Source of the DNA: the human T2T-CHM13v2.0 reference genome, Homo sapiens
Direction: 5' to 3' (one strand)
Assembly (NCBI RefSeq): GCF_009914755.1
Contig: NC_060937.1
DNA: 64,000 nt
Notes under the pieces: model-generated
Told to the model about the DNA's origin: nothing
Database searches by the model: none
Seen by the model: the letters and a program-made list of their open reading frames with translations, nothing else
Position numbers and translations under genes: made by a program
In this document: piece after piece, positions 1 to 14,007 of the stretch
Position numbering within the stretch: position 1 is the stretch's first letter
How the letters are laid out: each line of letters starts with the position of its first letter

Positions 1-1408
1 ATAAATATGAATAGTATTAGATCAATACTATTCATATTGAGATAAGATAAAGTAAGTTTCTTAATTTCTCCCAGGTTGAAATGATTAACTAATAAAGAGT
101 ATATGGGGTGGGGAAAATAAGTAGATGCATCCTGTAATATCTAGCATGTAGTCATTTGAAGAACATTTAACATGCAATTTTTATTTTTTAAAAGCTGCAT
201 TTGTTGTGTGTTTGTGTATGTAAGTGCGTGTGTGTGTTTGTGTCAAATGAAAAAATAAAAGTAGATCAGCAAACTCTCATGATTTCAAAATTTCCCAAAG
301 CAAATTTATCTTATAGAAATAAAATATCGCTAATATCTCTATTGGCGTTAACAATATTCTAAAACTTTGCATATATTTGATTGAGTCAATATTTTGTAAA
401 TGCTTTCTAGAAATCATTGATAATGAAGTTTAAAAAATAAATAAATAAATAAATGACAAATGAGAAATCTAGAAAGCCAATATGTTTTACTTTTACTGTT
501 TCTTATTATATGCTTGAAACAACTTCAAAAAATATTCATAGACCTAGAATTATAATGATCAATGTCTGATATTTACTAAGATGACTTTTCCTAATTATTA
601 TTAAATCTCAATTCTTTTCTTTTATGACATTTAGAGATATATAATAAAATCATTTATTAAAAAACAGAAAATTGTAAATATTTACCATAAACACAAAATT
701 TTTATTATTATTATTATTGTAGAACAACATATGATTGAAAGACAAGGACTCACAGAAGCAAACAATAGCTTTCATGACCCTTTAAAATCTATTACAGACT
801 GTAAGACCAGAAATATTGATCATCTGAAATTTGTTCTAAGCATTCTGATACCAACTATGGGAAATAGGGAATTTAGGATGAATGTCAAGCAATTAGAATA
901 GATCTTGTTCTAAAACTTTTTTTACATAACATTTAAAAAATCATCTCAGAAACTATAGTGCTCTAATCATCTAATAAGAATTCCAGTGCAGTTTACTTCC
1001 TCCTTCTTGTTTAAGGGGGTAACCATGCTGTACATTTTACATTTCTTAAGGCAAATTTTCAGAAAGAAATATAGAAATAAGACATTCCCGTAGTCTATAA
1101 AAAATAACTTGACTCTATACTTAAAAAGCTATATTTTTTCTATTAAGAAATTATGTTTAGAGTAAATAATCATTACTCTATTAGTTAATAAGGAGAACTG
1201 CTTACAATTTGTTTCTAGCCAAAGAAAATTCTAAGCTAGAGATAGGATTAAGAAGTAACATCTTTGAGCACAAATCACATTAATGCGTACTGTTAAGGTC
1301 CTGCAGAGGATCTCCTGAATAATGCTTATTATCTGCTTTCCTTTCCATTCTCTTGTCACTACCTTATTTCAGTTTCTCCCTAATTTACGATTTCCTAGTT
1401 GTTTTTAG

Positions 1409-1715
<307 letters not shown>

Positions 1716-1787
1716 TGACCTTTCTGCATATAAACCTTTAAGGACTTCCTTCAACTTTAACAGCGTAGTACACATATAGTACATGAT

Positions 1788-2124
1788 TGCTATGTTTTGA
1801 AGGTTTGTCCCCTCCAAAACTCATGTTGGAAGTTAATTGCTGTTGTAACAATATTACGATGAGGGAACTTTCAGAGGTAATAGGGCCATGAAAGCACTGC
1901 CATTATGAGTGGGATTAATGCTATTGCGAAAGAGCAAGCTCAGATCCGTTTTGCTGCTTGGTTCTTCTGTCTTCTGCCATGTGAGCATCCAACCTTCCTC
2001 CAGAAACCAAACTTGCTGACACCTTGACCTTTGATTTCTCACCCTCAGAACTGTGAACCAATACATTTCTGTTTGTTATAAATTACTCAAGTCTCAGATA
2101 TTCTGTGACCACATCACTAAGACA
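1788..2124 (+). mobile_element. MaLR solo LTR (MSTC/MSTD-like)
   Basis: Starts TGCTATG, ends CTAAGACA; perfect 5-bp TSD ATGAT at 1783-1787 and 2125-2129. Confidence 0.9.
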
Positions 2125-2129
2125 ATGAT

Positions 2130-2490
2130 GATGTGATTTAGACTCCAGTCATCATTTTCATTTTAGTGTCTTTACACATTTTATTTCCTCCTGGATGACT
2201 CTTCCCCCCTTCTTCATCCAGCCACTTCTATTTTCCAATTCATTTAAAAAACTCAACTTAAATATCATATCCATCAGTATGCTTTTTTCTGAATCATATT
2301 ACTTTTGTTCTCCTAGTGTTTTAACATCTTCCAATTATCTTGGAGTTCTTCATATTTATTAAATATTTATTTGCCTATCTTTTCCTCTACAAAATGTCTT
2401 TGAGGGCATGTGTTATGTTTTATTGGAATTTTTGTTCCTAGAGCCCATCTTAGTGCCTGGCAAATATTAGCTCTTTAAAAAGTATTTCAT
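2130..2490 (+). mobile_element. L2 LINE 3' fragment
   Basis: tgagggcatg...tagtgcctggcaaatattag resembles the L2 3' end; boundaries approximate. Confidence 0.6.
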
Positions 2491-3454
2491 AAACTTTAAC
2501 GAAGGCTGGTGAAATGTTAGAATAGAAATATTCGAGTTGAATGGACTAGACACATTTAAATTATACTCCTAACATTGTTTCTTCTTTTGTGTATCTCTGG
2601 CACTATGTTCATACCTCAGTTTCTGTAACACCGTTTATCAGTTACATAGAAAATCAATTTTAATTAATGTCAACAACGTTTATGGCTTTTAAAGTAGCTA
2701 TCATTTCAAAGAGGAAGTGTTTGTTTTCAGACAGAATAACCCAGCACAATGACTCACTCTCTGTATAGAGTAACTGAGTCAACATAAAGTTTTATTTACA
2801 TTTTATATGTGTGTTGGGGACAGGGGAGACAGATCTCAAATCTGGTGGAGATTACAGGGAGGACTACAGCTGAGGACATAGACCTCTGCAAGATCTGTGC
2901 TTCTGTTCCATGTGGGAGTGAACATAAAACAGATTAACTTTTATCCTTTATTTCTCCATATCATAATGTATTTTTTAACACTGTTTCCTTCATGAATTTT
3001 CATCATATACATATTAACTTGTCTTATTACCTAAGAATGCTCTAATTTCAGAAGATGTATTCAGAAATGCATACCCCTCGAGAACTTCATCTGGTTTCCA
3101 ACAATCCTTTTGGGGATGATGTTACTTAGTAGATTCAGTGTCTTTGAGGGTCTAGTGTTCCACTCAGCAGCATTTAGCAGGCAGGTTAGCATTTGCTTGA
3201 GAGTAACAGATGGAAAGTCAGGCTAGAGAAACATGACAAAATCTCAGATGGACTGAAGGTATATTATGCATGAGGCAAAGTGTACAAGAATAAGGCTGGA
3301 GGGTAAAGAGTGGCGAAACAACAAGCGATATAAGCTTTGCTAAAAAATTGGTTCATATCCAAATATCATTGAAAAAAATAGTGCATTTTGTAAACAGAGT
3401 TTTGACATGGCCCATCCCTTTTATTTTATTAAACAAGGGACCAGATGAGGAAGA

Positions 3455-3880
3455 TTTTAATTGTTTATTTAATGAAATTAACACATTTTTATTAAATGTC
3501 TACTATAGTTTTTGCAGACATTATGCTACACAAAGTTATCCAACAAGAAATTATAAGAGAATAGTTTAAGACAGTTGTCATGAAGGTGGAAAGACAAGGA
3601 TAAGCAAAGGAGAGTTACAAATAACAGAAATTGTAAAGAAGATAAAGAAGTTAAAGGCAATAATCAGGTTCCCCCCATGGGTAGATGAATATACAACAAT
3701 CTTCAAAATATAAAATTCAGAGTTTTGCTCAAAATTATAGTAAAGAAAATCAACTGAGTTTTGGTCATTTTGAGGTTGAAGTGTCTTTTAATATTCCAGA
3801 GGACATGTTGGCATTCAACCACATATAGCTCCCTGGTGCCATAAAGTGAGGACTGTCTGGGAGAAAAATGTAGATTTAAC
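3455..3880 (-). mobile_element. Degraded L2 fragments
   Basis: acatttttattaaatgtctactat and tgaggttgaagtgtct...ccagaggacatgttg resemble antisense L2; approximate. Confidence 0.45.
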
Positions 3881-4039
3881 AAGTAGTAAAAAAAAAAATT
3901 GTGAAAAAATGGACCCACATAGGTAACTCTTATAAATCCAGAAGTTCCATTAATAGGACATAGATTATTGTGCGAATAAAATATATCTCACATAAAAAAA
4001 TGAAAAAATTATTTATTTCTCATAAAAATGAGATAAAAA

Positions 4040-4660
4040 CAGTGAAATGAACATTCTCATATATAAAATTGGGTAAGGTAAAAAATATTTTGGCAATAAT
4101 TTTTGATTATTTTTGTGCCTTCATTGTAAGCATGAATTGGTGCAAGTATTTGTAAGGATAGTTGTTGATTATGTATCAAAATATTAAATATGTTTATATT
4201 ATTTGTTAAAACATTTTCATCTGTTGAAATCTATTTTGGTTAAATATGTAGAGATTTATCTTCAAATATAATTATTTAACACTTTTGTAATGTGGAGAAA
4301 GTTGAGTCTATTTCTACAATGGAATTTTTAAACATATTAGGTTGAATCTTTCTGGTGAGATAATACCTTTCAGTTTAAAAATTGTGGTTCTAAATAATTT
4401 TTTATGATATGTTGAAATGGCATATTGAATGCATTTCATAAACGTTTGATGACAAAATTAAGTAACATGGTATGCAAAACTATATCACTCTGATCCAAAT
4501 CACGCCTTGTATAAAACATTGCATAATTACATATGCATAGACACACGCACATAACAAAGAGATGGAATTTATATCTGAATGATTTTAGCTCCATTACGGT
4601 TTTCTGCATTTTGTCATTTTCCTATCACAAACATGTTAATTTATAAATGTAAAGCATCAC
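4040..4660 (+). mobile_element. Old L1 (L1ME-like) 3' fragment
   Basis: Degenerate L1 ORF2-end/3'UTR motifs (tgtaagcatgaattggtgcaag...atgtatcaaaatattaaata); approximate. Confidence 0.45.
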
Positions 4661-4768
4661 ATTTCTCTGATATAACATTAATGGTCTCTGCAGATAGTCT
4701 AAAGACAGTCTGTTTTGGCATAGTAAGATACCAAAATACTGTAAATTGTAAATGGCTTTATGTGGCTT

Positions 4769-5479
4769 TGTAACCACCCAGCGGGTTCACCTTGCTGCTG
4801 CCTAGTCAGAGCTGACTTATCAAGACAGAGGAATTGCAGTGAAGAAAGACTAATTCACTCAGAGCCGGCTGTATAGGAGTTTCATTAGTACTCAAATCAA
4901 TTTCCCTGAGTATTCGAGGATCAGAATTTTTAAGGATAATTGACTGGGGAGGGGCTTGGTAAGTGGCGAGTGCTGATTGGCTGGGTCGGAGATGAAATCA
5001 CAGGGGGTCTAAGCGAGCATTTCTTGCTCTCTTCTGTTCCTTTGGTGGGATTACAGAACAGGTTTGTACATATTACTGGTCTGGGTGGTGTCAGCTGGTA
5101 CATTGGAACTCAGGGTCTGCAAAATATCTCAGGCACTGATCCCAGGTTTTACAAAAGCAACGTTATTCCCAGTAGCAATGTGGGGAAGTTCAGAAACTTG
5201 CAGCTGGAACCTTCGTGGCCCCTAAAGTGTAATTTCTAATCTCTAGCTAATCTGTTAGTCCTACAAAGGCAGACTGGTCCCCAGGAAAGAAGGGGTTTTT
5301 CAGGAAAGGGCTATTATCATCTTTTTTCAGAGCTAAACTATAAACTAAGCTCCTCTCAAAGTTAATTCAGCCTACGCCCGGGAATGAACAAGGGCAGCTT
5401 GGAGGTTAGAAGCAAGATGGCGTTGATTAGGTCACACCTCTTTTACTGTTTCAATTATAATTTTGCAATGGTGGTTTCA
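4769..5479 (-). mobile_element. ERV1 solo LTR, LTR8 family
   Basis: Reverse complement begins TGAAACCACCATTGCAAAATTATA and ends GGGTGGTTACA as in LTR8; perfect 4-bp TSD GCTT at 4765-4768 and 5480-5483. Confidence 0.92.
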
Positions 5480-5650
5480 GCTTTGAAATCTCATTTTTCT
5501 TAATGAATTTGCTGATTCCATTTGACCTTTAGAGGAAAGAGAGATCAAAATACTTACTTCTTTTCAAATAAATGGAGTTATACAAAATCTTTAATAAGTA
5601 AACGTATCTGTGTTTATGTGATGAATGACAGAAACATATATGTTTGGCAT

Positions 5651-6316
5651 TGTGAAAGAAAAATAAATCTCAGGATCTCAATGTCAGTAAGCCAAGGGAA
5701 AAGTCGAGCTGGGAGCCAGGTCAGGCAAAACCTGCCTCCCATTTTATTCCTAAATAAGATAGCTACAAAGAGAAAAGAGCTACATACCACCCTCACAATT
5801 TGCCCACAGGGAAATTCCTTGTAGGCCTCTAGATCTTTATCCTAAAACAATTCTGTTGAATTTCACCCTGGCAATGCAAACTGATAGCTTATCTTCACAG
5901 GTGCTGCAGACAGAAAATCATCCCTAGGCTCACCTGAGACAAACGCATGTCTGATTTCTTCCTCCATCCTATTGTGTATGCCAAAATGCAGATTCACTGA
6001 GCCACACTAAATTGTGTATTGATCAAATACTCAAAATAATGCAAACTTTATCTTTTATCTACCTATGACCTAGAATTCCCCCTGCCCCCTTCCCTCTTCC
6101 AGATTTCCCACCTTACCAGACTGAACTAATGTATATCTTACAAGTATTGACTGATATCTCATGTCTCCCTAAAATGTATGAAAGCAAGCTGTACCCTGAC
6201 AAAGCGAGCATATGTCCTCAGGACCTCTTGGGGCTGTGTCATGGGTGCATCCTTCGCGTTGGCAAAACAAACTTTCTAAATTGATTGAGACCTGTCTCAG
6301 GTATTTTGGGCTCACA
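5651..6316 (+). mobile_element. ERV1 solo LTR, MER4A
   Basis: TGTGAAAGAAAAATAAATCTC...TTTTGGGCTCACA; perfect 4-bp TSD GCAT at 5647-5650 and 6317-6320. Confidence 0.92.
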
Positions 6317-6369
6317 GCATAAATACTATTCCACTTCTTTTGAGAGAAGCTTAAATGCATCTGGAGATG

Positions 6370-6810
6370 GGCCGTCAGTGTTAAGAATCTAATTGAAGCA
6401 ACTAGTCATGAAGAAAAGAGTTAAGCATTTAATCACTTACTGTCATGCTTTAACAAGAGGCTAAAACCATAAAAAGGGCCAACCCCCTCCAATCCATTTC
6501 CTTTCAAAGAATGGCATTGCAGTGCAGGGTCAGGTGGATCAGCACAGATGTGTGGGTCATTGCCCGGTAGAGAGAGCCTCCAAAAAAGCTCCAACAGTTT
6601 TAAGGACTTTGGGGGTCAGGGGACAAAGTTGAAGGAGAGAACTAGGTATGAAAAATTACTGAGAATTGAATCACAGCAGACAAAAGTTTCAGTTTCCTCT
6701 TTTCCCCTGATAAGGAGACCTCATTAGAAATGCCGGAAGAGGGTGTCAGATGAAGGCAAAGAGACCTAGGAATAAAGGTGACTGTGCTAGGAAGAACTGG
6801 AAAGAAACAT
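6370..6810 (-). mobile_element. Probable old ERVL-type LTR (LTR41-like; subfamily uncertain)
   Basis: LTR-like composition; reverse complement begins tgtttctttccagttcttcctagcacagtcacc; no TSD confirmed. Confidence 0.35.
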
Positions 6811-7844
6811 GTAAGAATCAGAGATATTTATGGAAAATGATGATACTTTCTTTACTTCCAGGTATTAGAGGAATATGATTCGAAAGAGGTAATGGCCTAA
6901 GATTTTAATATCTATGTTTACTAGTATTATTCTAAAAGTAGACAAAATATTTCTTACTACAGGACTAACTAAGTCATTTCCATTTGCCCTAGGGTAATCT
7001 AATGAGAGCCAGATGTCTTGCTATACCTACTTATGACTGTACTGTGAGAGCCCCAAAATAGGGTCTAGGTGTTTATTCAGGAGAGGAACCCTTGTACCCT
7101 CACTCCTCCTAAGAAAGAAAGATGAACACACCACAGTATAAACAAATTCTCCTCTTGAAAACATGGGAAAGATTCTTGGTTCCTATGATTTAGAAATGTT
7201 ACTAAGTGTCTCTAGGGGAAGATATGATAGGGGTTTTCAAATTTAAAACATGAGATTAATCCCTTTTGGAATATAATTACATAGGAAGATAACTCATTAA
7301 ATTGCTCTGGAAGTTTCTTGGCTATTCAGTTACCTTTTCCATCAATTCAGGACCCTTCTCCTTGAAATTACGTGGTCAAAAGAGATAAGAAAAAGATGTA
7401 TATCTTTTGAGTGAAAGCAAATAGTTTTAAGATTAAGGAAGCCAATGGCTGCAAGCCTAACACCTATAGCATGTGAGGAACAAATACTTCTGGGAGATAC
7501 AAAAGCAAACATACTCTATTTCATAACATATAAATGTCCATAACTCTGGAGACCAGGACTTTGAAGGAAGATTGAAAATTGTGGGAAAGACTTGTCTTCC
7601 CTCAGTGACGTAACTGAATCCTATAGAAAGTTTTTAGAGTGGTAGAAACAATAAGCTAGATAATTTCAAGGCAGATGTCCTTGAGAAAAGTGTCTTGTAC
7701 CTCTCAATTATAATCAGAGACAGCTATCCAGTTTGCCTAATTGCCTAGTTGCTGGGTCAATTATGACAGTAGAAAATAAGGAAAATTTGCATTTTTAAAG
7801 AAACCTAAAAGGTGGCTATTTTTCTATGAAAAAAATATGAATTA

Positions 7845-8282
<438 letters not shown>

Positions 8283-9174
8283 TAGTGTAACTGTGATAAC
8301 TTAAAGATATTAGTACTTTAAGAATAATGTTAAGTGTCATTAAACATGTAAAAAAGAATGCATGATACAAAAGTTTATTAAAAAACTCAAGTGTGCTTCT
8401 CTAGTCTATAAACAGTAATGCTGCTTGACTCTGCACAAATTGGCAGTCATAAAAATTCTGTAAAAAGGCATTTTAAAGATATAATACTGAATTTCATGAT
8501 CAGAAGGGCATGTATTGTTATTTGAGCCTGTCAGATGATTAATGAGGATGAAGCTTCCAAAAATTAATTAGCTGAAAAGAACATCTACCGATTTCAGTAA
8601 CTTTCCATGGAAAGCATACAATTTTATGACAAACATCTTCTCCTTTTGTAGCTATTACCTAGTAATTTTGTAGATCCCTAAATCTGAATGCAAATGAGCT
8701 AAGTGTTAACCCATCTAAAAAACGCAATTATTGTTTGAGTAAAATTATCATTATAAGAACATTAGTTTAAGGCTATAAAATTGATTATTTTTGCCAAGTA
8801 TCTTCCATTTGAAGGTTAATGTGTACTTAAAACACTTTAAAAAATTTCTTCTGTCTTCCTAAATGTCAGTAATAGTCAGTACTTAGTGTTTGTTAAAAAA
8901 AAAAAAATGTATAAGATGTGTTTAATCCAAATCTCACCATGGCTTTCTATTGATCTGTCATAATTTATCATCTATTTATCTAAGTTTTAAACTGCTTCTA
9001 CATATATTTTAATTATTTTGAATTTATGGACAATAAGCTACATCTATGTTATTTAATAAAGCATCCACTAAAAAATTGAGCTTACTCAAAAGTGAATACA
9101 ATAACAACAAAATACCAGATTTGATTTTTCTGGTATTTGATTATGTCACACAAACTTTATCTCTTTTGTTACTT

Positions 9175-9260
9175 TATTAATCATTCTTTGACCAAAGATT
9201 TATTAAGGCCCTGCTATGTGCCAGAGAGTATGCTAGATATTATGCTTTGCAAAGATTACT
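9175..9260 (-). mobile_element. L2 3' end fragment
   Basis: agatttattaaggccctgctatgtgccagagagtatgctag. Confidence 0.6.
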
Positions 9261-9454
9261 GAGCTTTGAATCAAATATATTGCATGATAATTAATATCTT
9301 TGTCTTTGAAACCAGGAAGACTTGAGTACAAGTCCAATTCTATCACTTAGGGTTTGCGAATGACACTTCAGCTGATAATTGTATACATTTTCTTATTGCT
9401 ATCTTAACTATACCTAAAATACCAATAATATAAATAACAAAATTATGATTTCAA

Positions 9455-10683
9455 ATGAATATAGACACAGAAATTATACCTTCACAAAAATTTATTGAAA
9501 TGGGTCAAAGATATAAACATAAAATATAAAAACATAAAACTCCTAGAAAACAACATAGGAGAAAATTTAGATACCTTGGTTTGGCAATCACTTTTCACAC
9601 ATAAAAACAAAAGCATAACCCATGAAAAAATCTGAAAATGTGAACTTCATTAAAATTAAAACTTGTCATATGCAAATAATACTTGTCAAAGAATGGAAAG
9701 AGAGATCTCAGTGTCAGAGAAAATTTTTGCAAAATAGATGTGATAAAGGACTGGTATCTAAAATATATAAAGAACTCATGGAACTCAATAAAAAATAGCT
9801 AAAAATTTGCAATAAATCTCACTGATACTTCATCAAAGAAGATATACAGATGGAAAATGAGCATATAAGATCATCAACATCATATGTCAGGTCATTAGAG
9901 ATTTGCAAATTAAAGCAACAGTAAGATATCGCTACATATCTGTTAGAATGGCCAAAATTTTCAATAATGACAATGCTAAATGCTGACTGGGATGGGGAGT
10001 AACAGGAACTGTCTTTCGTCGCTGGTGGGAGTGTAAAATGGTACAGCCACTGTGGAAGATGATTTCTTAGTTATTTACAAAAGTAAACATACTCTTGCCA
10101 TACAATCCAGCAATTGCATTCCTTGATATTTATCCAAATGAGTTGACAACTTATATATGCACAAAAATATTTATACTAGCTCTATTTATAATTGCCAAAA
10201 CATGGAAATGACCAAGATATAGTGCAAGAGATGAATGAATAAACAAACACATACTGTATGATTCCAACTATATGACACTTTGAAAAAGGTAAAACCATAG
10301 AGACAGAGAAAAGATCAGTGGTTGGTGAGGGTATGGGGGTTTGAGTAGAGACAAAAAAGAAGGAGTACAGGAGATGTGTAGGGCAGTAAATGTTTTTGTA
10401 TGACACCGTGATAATTGAGAAGTCATTACATATTTGTCAAAACCCGTAGAATGTATAACACAAACAATGAACCCTAAATGATGAACTTTATTAACTTTAG
10501 TTAATAATAATATATCAATATTGGTTCATCAATTATATCAAGTATACCACACTAACAGAAGATGCAAATAATAGATCAACCTGTATGTGGAGAGACAGGG
10601 CATACGTGGGAACTCTATACTTTCTGTTTATTTTTATGTAAGGATAAAACTATCCTAAAAATAACGTTCATTTCATAAAAAAG
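9455..10683 (+). mobile_element. L1MC-type LINE 3' portion (L1MC1/2-like)
   Basis: ORF2 C-terminal motifs (aaaactcctagaaaacaacatagga; aaatggtacagccactgtggaag) followed by L1MC 3'UTR and A-rich end. Confidence 0.9.
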
Positions 10684-11567
10684 ATGAAGGGAAGATTCAG
10701 AGAAGACTGCAAAAAAATAGAGCTTTATGTGTTTTCATCTTGCTCTTGGCTCAGTGCATGATGAATAGATATAAGAACTATAAGGCAGTAGTGTTGCTGA
10801 TGAATATGGTAAGGAAGATAATAAGAGAAAAAAGAGAAAATCTTAGATTGATGTGATAAGTATCACTTTACCAAAAAAGAGCTTACCAAACTTAGAAGAA
10901 TAAATGAGTACCTCCATTAGGGTTGGGAGACTGAGAACAACTATGTAGAAAGTTTTTATAGAAAAATGCCATTTAAGCTGAGATTTTTAAGGATAAGTAA
11001 ATTTGATTAGACAGAGCAGGAAGTAAAGAAGCTTCCCAGAGTAGAAATGGCATTTGCAAAGCAAAAGTATCATGAAAACTGGCAAATTTAGGAAAATGAC
11101 TAGTAAATATGTCAGAAGTACTAAATGCATGACAAGATACAGAGATGAATTTGTAAGCCAGGAGTCCTTTAAAGATATACTACAGATTACTTGGTTTATG
11201 TTCTAAAAGTTTAAACAATGAGTATTGGAGTTATAATAATTAGCAATTTGCTTTCAATATTCAGATTAAAAAGTTATTGAATAGGATTTTCAGACTGCTT
11301 ATCCAGCAATCTAGTATTCAGTATTTTTGAGGTTCATGAAAATGCATAATTTTAGGTGGGATTTTAGATTTGGGGTTAAACCTAAGATTAATTGCCAGTA
11401 GAGATAAACTAAAGAACCTACAGATATTTAGGTATTGAAGTACTTCAGAAAATTTTTATTGATTACTTCAACATGAAAGACAATGGTAAAATATGCATTT
11501 CTCATTTTCTCCTTCAAAAAATTTTACTGAGTGAGAATGAATGGGTGAAATTTTATTACTGCTGCTT

Positions 11568-14007
11568 TGCTATGATTGAAATGTCCCCTTCAAAACTCAG
11601 TTGAAATGTAATTGTCATTGTGATAGTATTAAAGGTGGACTAATTAAGAGGTGATTAGGCCATGAAGGTACTCTCTTCATGAGTGGATTAAATGTTGTCA
11701 TCATGGAAGTGTGTTTTTATCACAAGAATGAGTTGCTGTAAAAAGCAAGTTTAGTTCTCTCTTGTTGCTTTCTTAGGCTTTCTTGGCCTTCTGCCTTCCA
11801 CCATTAGATGATGCAGCAAGAAGACCATCACCAGGTACTGACACACCTTAATTTTGGACTTTCCAGCCTCCAGAAGCATGAGAAATAAATTTATTTTCTT
11901 TATAAATTACCCAGTCTGTGTATTCTATTATTGCAACACAAAGTGGACTAAGACAGAAAATTGGGACCAAGAAATGGGACTGTTGCTATAAGAGATACTT
12001 GAAAATGTGAAAGTGGCTTTGGAACTGGCTAATGAATAGAGGATGGAAGAATTTGGCAGAGTAGGCTAGAAAAACCCTAACACTCTGAACACTGAGTAAT
12101 AAGGGCAATTTTGGTGAGGGCTTAGAAGAGCCTAGCTGTAGGGAAAGTCTGGAAATTCTTATAGATTATTTAAATGTTGTGACCAAAATGTTGGCAGAAA
12201 TATGGACAATAAAGGTCATTTTGGTGAGGTCTCAGAGTAAAAAAGAAATATCTTATTGGAAACTGAGGTAAAGATCATCCTTGTTATGTAGTGGCAAAGA
12301 ATGTGGTTAAATTGTGTGCATGCTCTAGGGCTTTATGGATGGTGGAATTTTAAAGTGATGAATGAGGATAGCTGGTGGTAAAAATTTCCAAGCAAAATAT
12401 CAAAGCAGCTGTGGAGCTACTTTTAACTACATATAGTAAAATGCAGGACGTAAGAAATGACTTAAAGATGCAATTTCTAATTACAAAACAAAGATTTCGA
12501 AAATTTTTAGCATGGCCATATAAAGAATAAAAAAGCATTTTCAGGTAAACAAACCAAGTATATGACCAAAGGACAATTAGCTAAAGAGATTAGTATGTAC
12601 AGAAGAGATAACCAACACAACGGGAGAATGACAGAAATAAAAAAAGGCATTTCCGATATCTTCAAGGATCCCTTCTTTTCCCCATCACAGGCCCAGAGAT
12701 CTAGAAAAGCCAAATGGTTTTGAGGGATGGGCTCAGGGCACTCTCCATGGGCTCACTGCTTAGGGCCACCCTGGGTATTTGCTTCCCACACTGGCACAAT
12801 ACGTCTTGGCAGCTCCAACCATAGCTCAAGTGGGTCCAGTTGTAACTTAGTTTCACATGCCATTCCACAAGATGCAAGCCATAAACCTTCACAGACTCCA
12901 CATGGTGCCAATTCTTCAGGCAAACAGGATGCAAGAGCTCTGGGACATGGCTTCCTTTACCTACATTTCAAAGGAAGTTGTGGATAGCTTGGGAGCTCAG
13001 GCAGAGACTTAAAGACAGAGCCACTGAAAAGAACTCCAGATAGGGCAATGCCTAGTGGAGCTGTGGGAGTAAGAACACTCTCAGAATGATACCCAAGAAC
13101 TGTTAAGCTACCATCGTGCAACACCAGCCTGGGAAATCTGCAGGCCCGACTCCAACTTGAGAGAGCTGAAGAGTATATTGAGTCCACTAAAGCCATGAAG
13201 GTGGAACTGCCTGAGGCCTTGGGGGCCAAACTCTCACCCTAGTGTGCCCAGGATGAAGTAAAAGGATATTATTTTGGAGCTTTAAGACTTGCAGTTGTTT
13301 TACCTGTTGAGTTTTAGACTTACTTGGAACCAATTACCCCTTTCTTTTTGCTATCTCTTCCTTTTGGAATGATAATGTCTATTCTATGCTGTCCCACCAT
13401 TGTATATTGGAAGCACACAACTTGATAATTTCACACACTTGCACCTGGAGAGCAGTTTGCCTCAAATAAATTATTCCTTCAGTCTCATCCATACCTGATT
13501 TAAATGAGACTCTGGATTTTAGACTTTTGAGTTGGTGCTAGAATGATTTAATACATTCAAGGCTATTGACATGGATTGAATGATTTTAGTATATGGAAAT
13601 TACATGAGTTTTAAAGGGCCAAGAGTAAAATGCTATGGTTTGAATGTCCCCTTCAAAACTCATGCTGACATTGAATTGCCATTGAGATGGTATTGAGAGG
13701 TGGGACTGTTAAGGGGTGACTAGGCCATGAGAGCTCCACCCCCATGAATAAATTAATGTCATTATCATGGGAGTAGGTTTGTAATCCCAAGAGTGAGTTA
13801 TTTTAAAAGTGATTTTGGTCTTCTTGTTGCTCTCTTATGCTCCCATGCTTTCTATCTTGGAATGATGCCACAAGAAGTCCCTCACCATATGCTGGCCCTT
13901 GATATTAGACTTCCCAGGCCCCAGAAGTATAAGAAATAAATTTATTTTATTTATAAGTTACCCAGTCTATAGTATTTTGTTAAAGCAACACAAAATGGAT
14001 GAAGATT
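11568..14007 (+). mobile_element. Complete MaLR element (MSTC/MSTD-like): 5' LTR 11568-11955, internal 11956-13630, 3' LTR 13631-14007
   Basis: Two similar TGCTATG-starting LTRs; internal region begins gaaaattgggaccaag; near-TSD TGCTT (11563-11567) / TGCTA (14008-14012). Confidence 0.9.

Noticed and set aside
6862-6888. 27-nt microexon candidate (tttctttacttccag / GAG|gtaatg)
   Set aside because: Isolated, next to decayed LTR sequence, with no partner exons; expected by chance.
7330-7770. Possible ancient antisense LTR ending in tgaca
   Set aside because: No family or TSD could be assigned by eye.
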